DNA from: a virus
DNA length: 64,000 nucleotides
Strand: one strand, 5' to 3'
Virus record (IMG/VR): IMGVR_UViG_3300040809_000464
Location: 24,676-88,675 of that record
Part shown: in pieces, positions 1-8,714 of the stretch
Layout: the number at the start of each line of letters is the position of its first letter
Numbering within the stretch: position 1 is the first letter of the stretch
Notes under the pieces: model-generated
What the model was told of the DNA's origin: nothing
Database searches by the model: none
The model's input: only the letters and a program-made list of their open reading frames with translations
Program-made: the position numbers and the translations under genes

Positions 1-1
1 T

Positions 2-1507
2 TCCAATTTAGATAGACCAGTCTCAAGATTAGGTTCTAAGCAGAAGTCCTACCCAGCTCTATCTGTTACAGGTGGTAAGATAACAGAAGAACGTATTAAA
101 GATTTACAGTATCAGAATCTATATAAAACTGTCAATGAGATGGTGAACGATGATGCTGTAGCGTTAGGTTACTTCACTAAGAGAGCGTTATTACAGATAG
201 CACTTTCTAAGGCTCGTATCAAGAAAGGTAAGAGTACTTCTCCTCAAGCTAAAGAAGCTTACGAATTTATAAAGTGGGTGTTCGATAATATTGATCAGTC
301 TTGGTATGATATTATAAGTAACATCACTACATATCCTAAATATGGTTTCTCCTTACAAGAGATTGTACTCACCACGATCAAAGAGGGTAAGTATGAAGGT
401 AAGAAGAAGCTTAAGAGATTGTCCCCTATATCAGCCAAGTCTGTAGAAGATTGGGTCTTTACAGATGACCAGAGAGAGTTGTTAGGTATTACACAATCTA
501 CAGCTTGGATGAATGACACTGGAATAGCTGGCACAAACACTTTTAAAACTGCTACAGAATTTAGAAGACAAGACAATAAAACAGATATTGCAATACCTAT
601 TGAAAGGTTACTACACTTTGCTTACAACGCCGAAGCTAATAATCCTACAGGGGAATCTCAGTTTAAGAGAGCCTATATAGCTTGGCGTGAGAAGACCCTT
701 ATTCAGGATCTAGCTCTTGTTGGTGTATCTAAAGATATGTCTGGTGTAATTCATATAGAGATACCTTCCGAAGTACTGGTCAAAGCAGCTAACGATCCAA
801 CCTCTCCAGAAGCAGACCTAGTAAACCAGATGGAAAGGGATGCAGCTAACATATCAGCCAACTCTCAAGCTTATTTTATTACTGCTTCTGATGTAGATGA
901 AGTTGGTAAGAATAAACTATACAGTATGACCTTGAAGGGTGTTGAAGGCGGTAGTAAGAACTATGATGCAGATGCTATGGTGTCTACTCGTAGGAAAGCT
1001 ATCTTAGACATCTTTGGTGTAGGCTTCATTGATAATAACTCTAACAGTTATAATAGCTCTGAAGCTGGTGCTAACTTTCATGAGCTGTTACTTGAGAGTG
1101 AATTAAATTTCATACTAGAACAATTCAACAGTAAACTTATCCCAACACTTCTAGCAGTGAATGGCTTTAGAGTGGACTCTGATGAAGCTCCTTATATGGA
1201 AGCTGGTAACGTTACAGAACGTTCAAGAGATGAGACCTCTAAGTTTATCCAACGTGTATTCGCTGTTAATGGTATCCCACGTACTAAAGAGATCATCTTA
1301 AAGCTTGTTGAAGATTCAGGACTACCTACAGAGGAACTTGAAGATTTAGAGACTGAAGAGATATGGGAACTTATGGGGTGGAATCCAGAAGATAAACCTA
1401 CTAGCAGATCTTCACAAGGGATGGAAAACGGGATGCCTAATGGCACTGGAAATGCAGATGGCAGTTCTGGTGATAGTAGCTCCTCTAACAATGAGAATGC
1501 TGAGTAA
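2..1507 (+). CDS. Portal protein, 5'-truncated by the window edge
   Basis: Frame of track ORF 140..1507 is open back to position 2. Lies directly upstream of protease-decoration-MCP; size and the NPTGESQFKRAYIAW motif fit myovirus portals. Confidence 0.8.
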   Translation, partial: SNLDRPVSRLGSKQKSYPALSVTGGKITEERIKDLQYQNLYKTVNEMVNDDAVALGYFTKRALLQIALSKARIKKGKSTSPQAKEAYEFIKWVFDNIDQSWYDIISNITTYPKYGFSLQEIVLTTIKEGKYEGKKKLKRLSPISAKSVEDWVFTDDQRELLGITQSTAWMNDTGIAGTNTFKTATEFRRQDNKTDIAIPIERLLHFAYNAEANNPTGESQFKRAYIAWREKTLIQDLALVGVSKDMSGVIHIEIPSEVLVKAANDPTSPEADLVNQMERDAANISANSQAYFITASDVDEVGKNKLYSMTLKGVEGGSKNYDADAMVSTRRKAILDIFGVGFIDNNSNSYNSSEAGANFHELLLESELNFILEQFNSKLIPTLLAVNGFRVDSDEAPYMEAGNVTERSRDETSKFIQRVFAVNGIPRTKEIILKLVEDSGLPTEELEDLETEEIWELMGWNPEDKPTSRSSQGMENGMPNGTGNADGSSGDSSSSNNENAE

Positions 1508-1598
1508 TGAAGTTAACAATACAAGAATTAAAACAAATAGTAAAATGGGTGGGATATACAAATCCATCATCACCTAAGAAATACCTTAAGGAGTAACG

Positions 1599-3062
1599 AT
1601 GGCAGGTCCACTACAGAGACTCACCTCTAAGTTGTATGACACACCACACATTGTAACACAATCCCGATTAGATGACATCTTTGGTTATCTAGAAGAGCGT
1701 AACTTACGTCCTCATGACTTCCCAACTGATCAAGAACTCGTTAATGAATCAGCTCGCATTAAAGGTGAGTATGAAGCTACAGAGTTACAGATTGAAGATG
1801 GTATCGCTACATTAGACTTAAGAGGTACAACAGTTTACAGAGAGTCTGCTATTGATGCTTTCTGTGGATTGGTATCTTATCAGGGTTTGGTACGTAATAT
1901 TGATACGTTAGTTTCTCGTAAAGATGAAGTTAGCTTATTAGCTGTATTCATTGACTCACCGGGTGGTGAAGCCTTTAGAGCATTCGAAGCAGGTCGTTCT
2001 GTTAAAGAGAAACTTACTCAAGCTGGTATACGTTCAGTAGCTTACGTTGATGGTATTGCTGCTAGTGGTGGTTATGTATTAGCTAGTGCTTTCGATGAGA
2101 TTGTAGCTAATCCAGATAGTGAAGTAGGTAGTATTGGTGTTCGTGTAGCTCTACGTAATCCTTCACAAGAAGAAAAAGATAGAGTTCTGTATGTAACAGC
2201 AGGTGAGAATAAAGTTCCATTCGATGCAGAAGGTAACTTCACAGAGAGCTTTATTAATAAGATTCAAACAGGGATCAATGAAACATATGACACGTTCGTT
2301 ACTTATGTAGCTGATATGCGTGGTATGACTCGTGAAGCTGTTATCGATACAAAGGCAGATACTTTCTCAGCTAAACGTTCATTAGAGATGGGCTTGATTG
2401 ATAAAGTTATGACAGGTGATGAGTTTGTAAACTACATTGCTGATTTAAAAGATTCAAGTACTAAGAGTGGTAACTTACTAACTGTTAGTGCTGACACAGA
2501 TTCTCGTATAGAGGATGATTCCGTTGCAGAAGATTCTATTGTGGTTGAAAGCAACGAAAACTTAAATGTCGAGGAATTGTCCTCAGACGATACTACTATT
2601 GAAAATGGAGACATAATGTCTGATAAAGAATTAAGCCAACTTGAAGTGATGGAAAAGACCATTGCAGATATGCAAGCTCAAATGACTACTCTTACAGAGG
2701 CTAATGCTAAGTTAGCTGCTGAAAAGGTTGCTGCTGAAGAAGCTGCTGCTGAAGAGTTAGCTCGTAAACAAGAAGCAATTGATGCACAAGATAAAGAAGC
2801 TTATGGTGAATTCCTAAGTGGTTTATCTTTTGTTTCTGATAAAGAAGCTATGACCGATACGTTATTCAAGATTGATCGTTTTGAAGCTCAAATGGCTGAT
2901 GTTATCACTAGCGCTTTAACTGATGCACAAGCAGCTATCGATGCTGTTCCTGAGCAAATTTCTGTAGCGGCTCCTGAAGAAGAAATCGCTGAAGAAGCCT
3001 CTGAAGATGAAGCTCATGTATCTCGTGTAGCATCTCGTCTTAAGAACCTAACAAACAAATAA
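1599..3062 (+). CDS. Prohead maturation protease (S49/ClpP-like) with C-terminal scaffold region
   Basis: Motifs IDSPGG, AASGGYVLASAFDEI, VGSIGV; acidic coiled-coil C-terminus; AGGAG RBS. Confidence 0.9.
   Translation: MAGPLQRLTSKLYDTPHIVTQSRLDDIFGYLEERNLRPHDFPTDQELVNESARIKGEYEATELQIEDGIATLDLRGTTVYRESAIDAFCGLVSYQGLVRNIDTLVSRKDEVSLLAVFIDSPGGEAFRAFEAGRSVKEKLTQAGIRSVAYVDGIAASGGYVLASAFDEIVANPDSEVGSIGVRVALRNPSQEEKDRVLYVTAGENKVPFDAEGNFTESFINKIQTGINETYDTFVTYVADMRGMTREAVIDTKADTFSAKRSLEMGLIDKVMTGDEFVNYIADLKDSSTKSGNLLTVSADTDSRIEDDSVAEDSIVVESNENLNVEELSSDDTTIENGDIMSDKELSQLEVMEKTIADMQAQMTTLTEANAKLAAEKVAAEEAAAEELARKQEAIDAQDKEAYGEFLSGLSFVSDKEAMTDTLFKIDRFEAQMADVITSALTDAQAAIDAVPEQISVAAPEEEIAEEASEDEAHVSRVASRLKNLTNK
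2616..3062 (+). CDS. Probable nested scaffolding protein (internal in-frame start in the protease gene)
   Basis: GGAG-acata-ATG at 2616 in frame with the protease; Ala/Glu-rich helical product; same layout as lambda C/Nu3. Confidence 0.6.
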   Translation: MSDKELSQLEVMEKTIADMQAQMTTLTEANAKLAAEKVAAEEAAAEELARKQEAIDAQDKEAYGEFLSGLSFVSDKEAMTDTLFKIDRFEAQMADVITSALTDAQAAIDAVPEQISVAAPEEEIAEEASEDEAHVSRVASRLKNLTNK

Positions 3063-3083
3063 GAATAATAAGAGGATAATATA

Positions 3084-3497
3084 ATGGCTAACGTTGGCTC
3101 TAAAAAAATTCGTTCTGGTGATGTAATCCAGTATGAACAAGCTCCACAGTTTGGTTTCTCTCGTGAAATGGCAACTGTTCAAATCGAAGCAGGTATGCGT
3201 GTCGGTGCTGTAGTTCAATGGGTATCTGGTAACTCTCGTTACGAGTGGGTTGCTGATGCAGATGTTGCTACACTTGACGCTGATGTACGTATCTTAGTAG
3301 ATGATTACTTATACGATAAAGATTTAAGCACTGTTCCTGTTGACCTTGAACTTGCTACATTAATGGATGATTCAATTGTAGGTCGTACTTTCTTACAGTA
3401 CGCTGATACAGTATCAGGTCCTAATCAATTAATCGTTGAAACAGCATTGAAAGATCGTAATGTTAAAGTTACTGATCAAGTACCTGCTAATTCTTAA
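3084..3497 (+). CDS. Head decoration protein
   Basis: 137 aa between protease/scaffold and MCP, the canonical lambda gpD-like slot. Confidence 0.7.
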   Translation: MANVGSKKIRSGDVIQYEQAPQFGFSREMATVQIEAGMRVGAVVQWVSGNSRYEWVADADVATLDADVRILVDDYLYDKDLSTVPVDLELATLMDDSIVGRTFLQYADTVSGPNQLIVETALKDRNVKVTDQVPANS

Positions 3498-3528
3498 TCC
3501 ATAATAATAATTATAAGAGGTTTAAAAC

Positions 3529-4590
3529 ATGGCAATTTCACGTTCACATAACGATGTAAATCGTTTCGTAGACCACACAGCTACAGTATCAGAGATGCCT
3601 AATCTGTATGGTTTATTCAACCAGATGGGTTTATTCACTGAGGTAGGTATCCGTTCTACTTTCGTTCAATTCTGGAAAGAGTATCACACTGTAAGCTTAC
3701 TTCCTTCTGCTCCTCGCGGTGGTCGTGGCTTCGTTAAAGGTAAAGACAAAAGCGCTGACCTTTTCGTATTGAACACAACTTTCTTCAAGTACGCTGATCA
3801 TATCACTTCTGAAGATATCCAGAATTACACTCAAGTTTCTAGCACAGAAGAGCCTTTAGAAGAAACTGAAGCTAATATCGTTGCAGATAAGCTACAAATA
3901 GGTCGTGAACACTTCGATCAAACTATCGAGTATATGAAGTTCAATGCGGTTACTGGTATCTCTGTTAACCCTGATGGTGATGTACTTGCTAACATGTTCA
4001 CTGAATTCGGTGTCACTCAAGATGTTGTCAACTTCGACTTAGGTAATGCATCTAGTAATATCACGAAGCATGTATCTGAATTGAAGCGTATTGTTGCAGC
4101 TAACCTTAAGATGGGTCGTAATTTAACAGACTTATTCTTAGTAGTTGATAAGCAATTCTTCGATGATTATGTTAACCACGCTGATGTAGTTGATCGTTGG
4201 AATCAATACAACAATGCTGGTATGCAACGTAACCGTGACAACCTTCAAGATTTCCGTGAATGGGGTGCAATTTCGGTCTTTGAAGACCGAGGATTAACCC
4301 TAATCGAGTATAACCCGGAGTTCACATTACCAGATGGTACTACTACTAACGTACTGACTGCTGGTGAAGGTATTGCAATTGTTCCGGGCTTCACAGGTGC
4401 TAATGCAATCTACCGTGGCTACTACGCTCCTTCTGACAAGAAGTCTGATGCTAACCGTCCGGGTAACGAATTGAACGCTTGGGAATACACAGATGATCGA
4501 GATACTTATACAGATATCGAGATGCAGTCTGCACCATTGTTCTTCAATACTCGTCCGGGTATTGCTGTTAAGGTTACTGATCAGCCTTAA
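3529..4590 (+). CDS. Major capsid protein (lambda gpE-like family)
   Basis: 353 aa; motifs MFTEFGVTQ and MQSAPLFFNTRP; codon usage looks highly expressed; followed by a hairpin. Confidence 0.9.
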   Translation: MAISRSHNDVNRFVDHTATVSEMPNLYGLFNQMGLFTEVGIRSTFVQFWKEYHTVSLLPSAPRGGRGFVKGKDKSADLFVLNTTFFKYADHITSEDIQNYTQVSSTEEPLEETEANIVADKLQIGREHFDQTIEYMKFNAVTGISVNPDGDVLANMFTEFGVTQDVVNFDLGNASSNITKHVSELKRIVAANLKMGRNLTDLFLVVDKQFFDDYVNHADVVDRWNQYNNAGMQRNRDNLQDFREWGAISVFEDRGLTLIEYNPEFTLPDGTTTNVLTAGEGIAIVPGFTGANAIYRGYYAPSDKKSDANRPGNELNAWEYTDDRDTYTDIEMQSAPLFFNTRPGIAVKVTDQP

Positions 4591-4598
4591 TAAATGAT

Positions 4599-4628
4599 AA
4601 GAGGGTTTTGTCCCTCTTCTCTACTTTA
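4599..4628 (+). terminator. Probable intrinsic terminator after MCP
   Basis: AAGAGGG-TTTTGT-CCCTCTT stem with a weak pyrimidine tail. Confidence 0.55.
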
Positions 4629-4653
4629 CATAAATACATTTTCAAGTTATAAT
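4625..4653 (+). promoter_or_regulatory. Sigma70-type promoter for the free-standing endonuclease
   Basis: TTTACA-N17-TATAAT. Confidence 0.65.
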
Positions 4654-4661
4654 ATTCTTAA

Positions 4662-5213
4662 GTGTATTTATATAAGGTAACAATTTTGAAAGATAATTAT
4701 TTAAACGAAGCAAGACTAGGTGAACACTTAAAAGTTATTTTCCCTGATAATGAATTTGTTCATGATAAACCAGTGCCTGATTCTTCTAATAAAAGAAGAC
4801 GTCCAGATTATAGATGTGATGAGCTAATGTTAATAGTGGAGTTCGATGGTATATCACATTATCAAAATATTAATATTATACTTTCTGATATTGAAAAAGA
4901 TAAAGATTACTCTTCTTTAGGTTACAGAGTACTACGCATACCTTATTTTGTACAACTGGACAAAACCACTACATATAACATATTCGGAATAGCTTTAGAA
5001 GAAGAGCTATACAGTTACCCTCAAGGTTTTATAGATAAGAAAGCAACTTTGCCAGCAAGCTTCTGTTACAATGGTTTGATGAAGTTTGAAGAAGACTTAA
5101 AAAGATTCTACTGGCTATCTCCTGATATACTATACAGCTTAGAAAGTAAGATACAGGAATTAGGTGAAGAGAGAGTCTTGCCAAAACCTTTACTACATTT
5201 GATAACTCAATAA
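4662..5213 (+). CDS. Free-standing PD-(D/E)XK endonuclease (DUF559/Vsr-like), possible homing endonuclease; real start may be TTG 4686
   Basis: RPDY..LIVEFDG..HY..KD....LGYRVLRIPY motif; own promoter; more AT-rich than its neighbours. Confidence 0.7.
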   Translation: MYLYKVTILKDNYLNEARLGEHLKVIFPDNEFVHDKPVPDSSNKRRRPDYRCDELMLIVEFDGISHYQNINIILSDIEKDKDYSSLGYRVLRIPYFVQLDKTTTYNIFGIALEEELYSYPQGFIDKKATLPASFCYNGLMKFEEDLKRFYWLSPDILYSLESKIQELGEERVLPKPLLHLITQ

Positions 5214-5216
5214 CAA

Positions 5217-5311
5217 TACCCTCTACGCCTCTATGATAAGCGTACCAGAGAGGGTTTCTTTACATAAGAGTATTCCTGACGAGTCCCACTTAGAAGTGTT
5301 CTTATATAAAG
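5217..5311 (+). repeat. Structured intergenic element, copy 1 (terminator-like hairpin plus long imperfect hairpin)
   Basis: TACCCTCT...AGAGGGTTTCTTTACATAAGA...AAGTGTTCTTATATAAAG, also present at 7454-7541. Confidence 0.7.
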
Positions 5312-5353
5312 TATTTGATACATAGAATATTCATTACAAGATAGGATATAATA

Positions 5354-5698
5354 ATGGCGTTAGTTAATACAGTTGTAGCATCTACAACAAACGGTGCAGA
5401 GTTTCAACAATCAGATAGTGAGTTCTCTGTTGAGGTTAACCCGTCACTAGGAAGACACCAAGTAGGTGTATTTACAGATGTAACCCCTACAGCGGGAACT
5501 GCTTCAGTTTTTTATGAAGTATATAAAAATGTATACCTACCTGTAAAAGAAGAAGGTGTTAATAAAGTTATAGATCTAACAAACCCTCAAACATTTAGCA
5601 TGGACGTCCATACAGCCAGTTTTAAGTTTGTTCTCTCAGGTTTTGATGCTGACAAATTTGTGGGTGCATCGATTTACTCTAAGAATGATTTATCCTAG
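5354..5698 (+). CDS. Hypothetical virion-associated protein
   Basis: 114-aa beta-rich ORF with AGGA RBS in the structural module. Confidence 0.55.
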   Translation: MALVNTVVASTTNGAEFQQSDSEFSVEVNPSLGRHQVGVFTDVTPTAGTASVFYEVYKNVYLPVKEEGVNKVIDLTNPQTFSMDVHTASFKFVLSGFDADKFVGASIYSKNDLS

Positions 5699-5707
5699 GA
5701 GTGATCT

Positions 5708-7447
5708 ATGAGCGTAAGAAACATAGAAGCTGTCACATTAGGTAATTCTTCTTCTGACTTACCTACAAAGGTATTCACACCAAGCGACCCTACAGGCAGT
5801 AAAGACGTAGCAGCAGAGTTAGAACAGTTTGTTACCAATAATCAAGGTAAGACAATTAGAGTAGATGGTGTTACTATCTTGCTTAATGATTTTGGTAATA
5901 AAGGCTTCCTTAAAGCTACAGATGATATCTTAATAGATTTCACTAACAGTACTATCCTTTACGATGAAGGTGAGGTTAGTATGTGGTTAGATAACAGCGG
6001 TAATGCTTCTTCAGAAGTCGGTGTAGCAAGTGTAATAGATACCACTATTAATTCTGTTAGCGGTGTTACTCAAATTACATTAGACTCAACATTAAACGCT
6101 AAAGCACATGATTGGATAGCTATATATTCAGATGATGCTAACCCGTCTAGAGCTGGTGGTAAGCTTGGTGAGATAATGCAAATCTCAGAGGACGAGTCAG
6201 GTCTAGTTATAAACTTAACAGGTAAGCTTGGTAGGACTTCACTGTATAGTACTAATGTAAGGGCAAGACTATTAGACAGTACTCGTAAATGCCAAATAAT
6301 AGGCGGTACGTGGAAAGCTAATGGTGATACTGATAACCCTGCTATTACTGACAGAGAGCAAGCTCTACATATTCAAGGCTTTGTAAATGCTAGACTAACT
6401 AATCTAACCTTTGACGCCCCTTGGGCACAGGGTGTACAAGTTCAATGTACAGCAGCAACAATTGTAGACAACCTAGAGATACGTAACACTCTTAATATGG
6501 GTAACTTCCAAGGGTTCTCTTATGGTGTTGTTCTTTACGGTATGAATGGCAGTAGTATAGTTAAGAATACTGTAGCTAGAAACTGTAGACATCCCGGAGG
6601 TACTACTGATGGCAATACAGCTTCTTCTACTTGGTATCAATTAGGTTTCCCTACATATTATAAGTTCCTGAACACAGCAGGCTATAACTGTTATGGTTCT
6701 ATAGGGGACTCTCATGAAGAGGGTATGTATGGTCTGTGGGATGGTCTTTGGGATCACAACCCTATACAAGATGCTAATGGAAGTTTCGTAGGAAGATTAT
6801 TCCAAGGTCGAGCTGCTTTTGAAACAGTACGTAATTTCGCTTCAATAGGTGGCTGTAGAGGTATCTCCTTTGATGATATAGACCACGGAGTTCTTGACGT
6901 TGTAGTTGTACAGAATGGTACAGTACGTAATAAGAATAATAGTGCGGTTAATGCAGAAGCTATCTATCTAGCAGATAACACTAATACTAATAAACGACAT
7001 TACAAGATTTCTAATGTAGAAATTGAGAAGGTCGATACAGGTATTTATGCAGGTAGAGAAAACATTATAACCTTAGATAATGTTAAGGTTAGCGGTAGTG
7101 AAGAGTATGCAGAATGTAGACCGGGCTGTGACATAACTGTAACTAATATGGTTAATGACCATAGAAACTCTGATGCTGCTGGTGCTACTTATGTATTCCA
7201 ATGTCGTTCTGATGTAACTTCAGGAGGATGCTCTGTAAGAATACTTGATAAACCTGTAATCATGAAAGGTAATTCTTCTAACAGACCTTCTGCACTGTTT
7301 AATGAAATAGATACTAATGCTAATAAGACTGTATGGCATAACGGTATCATACAATATAACCCAGATGGTGTTACAGATATATTATCTAAATCTTCTGGTA
7401 GTACTACTTTTGTCAATGCAACAGATATTGTAGAAGTAGCTTTATAG
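5708..7447 (+). CDS. Right-handed beta-helix (pectin-lyase-like) fibre/spike protein
   Basis: Asn/Gly/Val-rich coil pattern (ARNCRH, DSHEEG) typical of beta-helix depolymerases; unusually placed next to the capsid genes. Confidence 0.6.
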   Translation: MSVRNIEAVTLGNSSSDLPTKVFTPSDPTGSKDVAAELEQFVTNNQGKTIRVDGVTILLNDFGNKGFLKATDDILIDFTNSTILYDEGEVSMWLDNSGNASSEVGVASVIDTTINSVSGVTQITLDSTLNAKAHDWIAIYSDDANPSRAGGKLGEIMQISEDESGLVINLTGKLGRTSLYSTNVRARLLDSTRKCQIIGGTWKANGDTDNPAITDREQALHIQGFVNARLTNLTFDAPWAQGVQVQCTAATIVDNLEIRNTLNMGNFQGFSYGVVLYGMNGSSIVKNTVARNCRHPGGTTDGNTASSTWYQLGFPTYYKFLNTAGYNCYGSIGDSHEEGMYGLWDGLWDHNPIQDANGSFVGRLFQGRAAFETVRNFASIGGCRGISFDDIDHGVLDVVVVQNGTVRNKNNSAVNAEAIYLADNTNTNKRHYKISNVEIEKVDTGIYAGRENIITLDNVKVSGSEEYAECRPGCDITVTNMVNDHRNSDAAGATYVFQCRSDVTSGGCSVRILDKPVIMKGNSSNRPSALFNEIDTNANKTVWHNGIIQYNPDGVTDILSKSSGSTTFVNATDIVEVAL

Positions 7448-7453
7448 ATAGGA

Positions 7454-7541
7454 TACCCTCTAAGCTTATAGAGGGTTTCTTTACATAAGAATATTTATAG
7501 TATGCGTATAAAATACACCTTAAAAGTGTTCTTATATAAAG
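7454..7541 (+). repeat. Structured intergenic element, copy 2
   Basis: Same blocks as 5217-5311 with different loops. Confidence 0.7.
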
Positions 7542-7608
7542 ATAGAAACCTATACAGACCAACCTTACAATTTAACATCCTCATTAACAAACCTTAAAAG
7601 GAGATATT

Positions 7609-8001
7609 GTGACAGACAATATTAAACGGATTTTAGGCTTTGTATTAACCTTCACACTCTATACCCTCTTTGGTTTACTCCTCTTAGATAACCCTTATCT
7701 AGCTTCATTCTTCTTAGTTACATTCTTAGGTATGCTCTTTGGTAATAACACCATTAAAGAGTATTGCACTAATGTATGGTTCCAGATAGATGTATTAGCA
7801 GGCAGTGTATTCCACTTTAAGAAGAGACGTACAGTTAGTGGTATTACTGGTGAGAGAGCTATTAATGAAAGGTATGGAGCTATTATCATGGAGAAGCTTA
7901 TTAATAAACTCTTCAATGATGACCTCCACTGTAGAAGAGCCTACTATCACGAGATTAAGCTTATAGAGTTTGAAGACTCTTTAAAAGAAAAACAGGAATA
8001 A
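7609..8001 (+). CDS. Membrane protein (2 TM) with TxSG...LF.D..HC..A phage domain
   Basis: Hydrophobic N-terminus; AGGAG RBS before GTG. Confidence 0.55.
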   Translation: MTDNIKRILGFVLTFTLYTLFGLLLLDNPYLASFFLVTFLGMLFGNNTIKEYCTNVWFQIDVLAGSVFHFKKRRTVSGITGERAINERYGAIIMEKLINKLFNDDLHCRRAYYHEIKLIEFEDSLKEKQE

Positions 8002-8004
8002 GAG

Positions 8005-8712
8005 ATGTCATTACTTCAAGATATTATTGATGAACTAAACACTGGAAGTTATTCTTCTGATGATGTGACAGCTCTTGGAGAGTTGCAAGCTTCGGGTATA
8101 ATGAATCAAGGACCTGCTCCTGCTGGTTTAGTATTAACCTATTTAGCTGAAATTGGTAAGTTACAAACTGTAGAGGATATATCTAATAATAGTTCTCATC
8201 CTCTACAGAACGCTGCTAAAGCTGTAGTAGTTACATATTCTAATCGTACAGAGTTTGAGTTTCAGAAACCTACTGTACAAGCTATGTGCCAAGCCTTCGT
8301 AGATCTAAAACTAGACGGTAATCCTTCTAATGGCGTTGATGATGGTATTCTCACACAAGTAGAGAAAGATAACTTAGAAGCTATTGGACAGACTCCTAGA
8401 TTTGAACAAGCTACATTAAGACTTGTTAGGGAAGCTCGTGGTAAGACAAATACTCAGACGTTAAACTATGAAGTGAATAAGAATATCAAGCTAACTGTTA
8501 CAGATCCTCTACATGAAAGTGTTCGTCCTTATATAACTTATAGTGATGGTGTGGCTGCTGATAACTTACCTCTTGGTGCTACGGTAAACATAGATGGTTC
8601 TAAGCTGTATTATGAAGTAGACTTGAAGAACTTAAGATTAAAACTTAGAGGATCAACTGTATTCACTATCGAGCTAGGAGCGCCTAATAGTTTTACCGTT
8701 GAGATGGTGTAG
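8005..8712 (+). CDS. Hypothetical structural-module protein
   Basis: 235-aa ORF tightly coupled to its neighbours. Confidence 0.5.
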   Translation: MSLLQDIIDELNTGSYSSDDVTALGELQASGIMNQGPAPAGLVLTYLAEIGKLQTVEDISNNSSHPLQNAAKAVVVTYSNRTEFEFQKPTVQAMCQAFVDLKLDGNPSNGVDDGILTQVEKDNLEAIGQTPRFEQATLRLVREARGKTNTQTLNYEVNKNIKLTVTDPLHESVRPYITYSDGVAADNLPLGATVNIDGSKLYYEVDLKNLRLKLRGSTVFTIELGAPNSFTVEMV

Positions 8713-8714
8713 GT

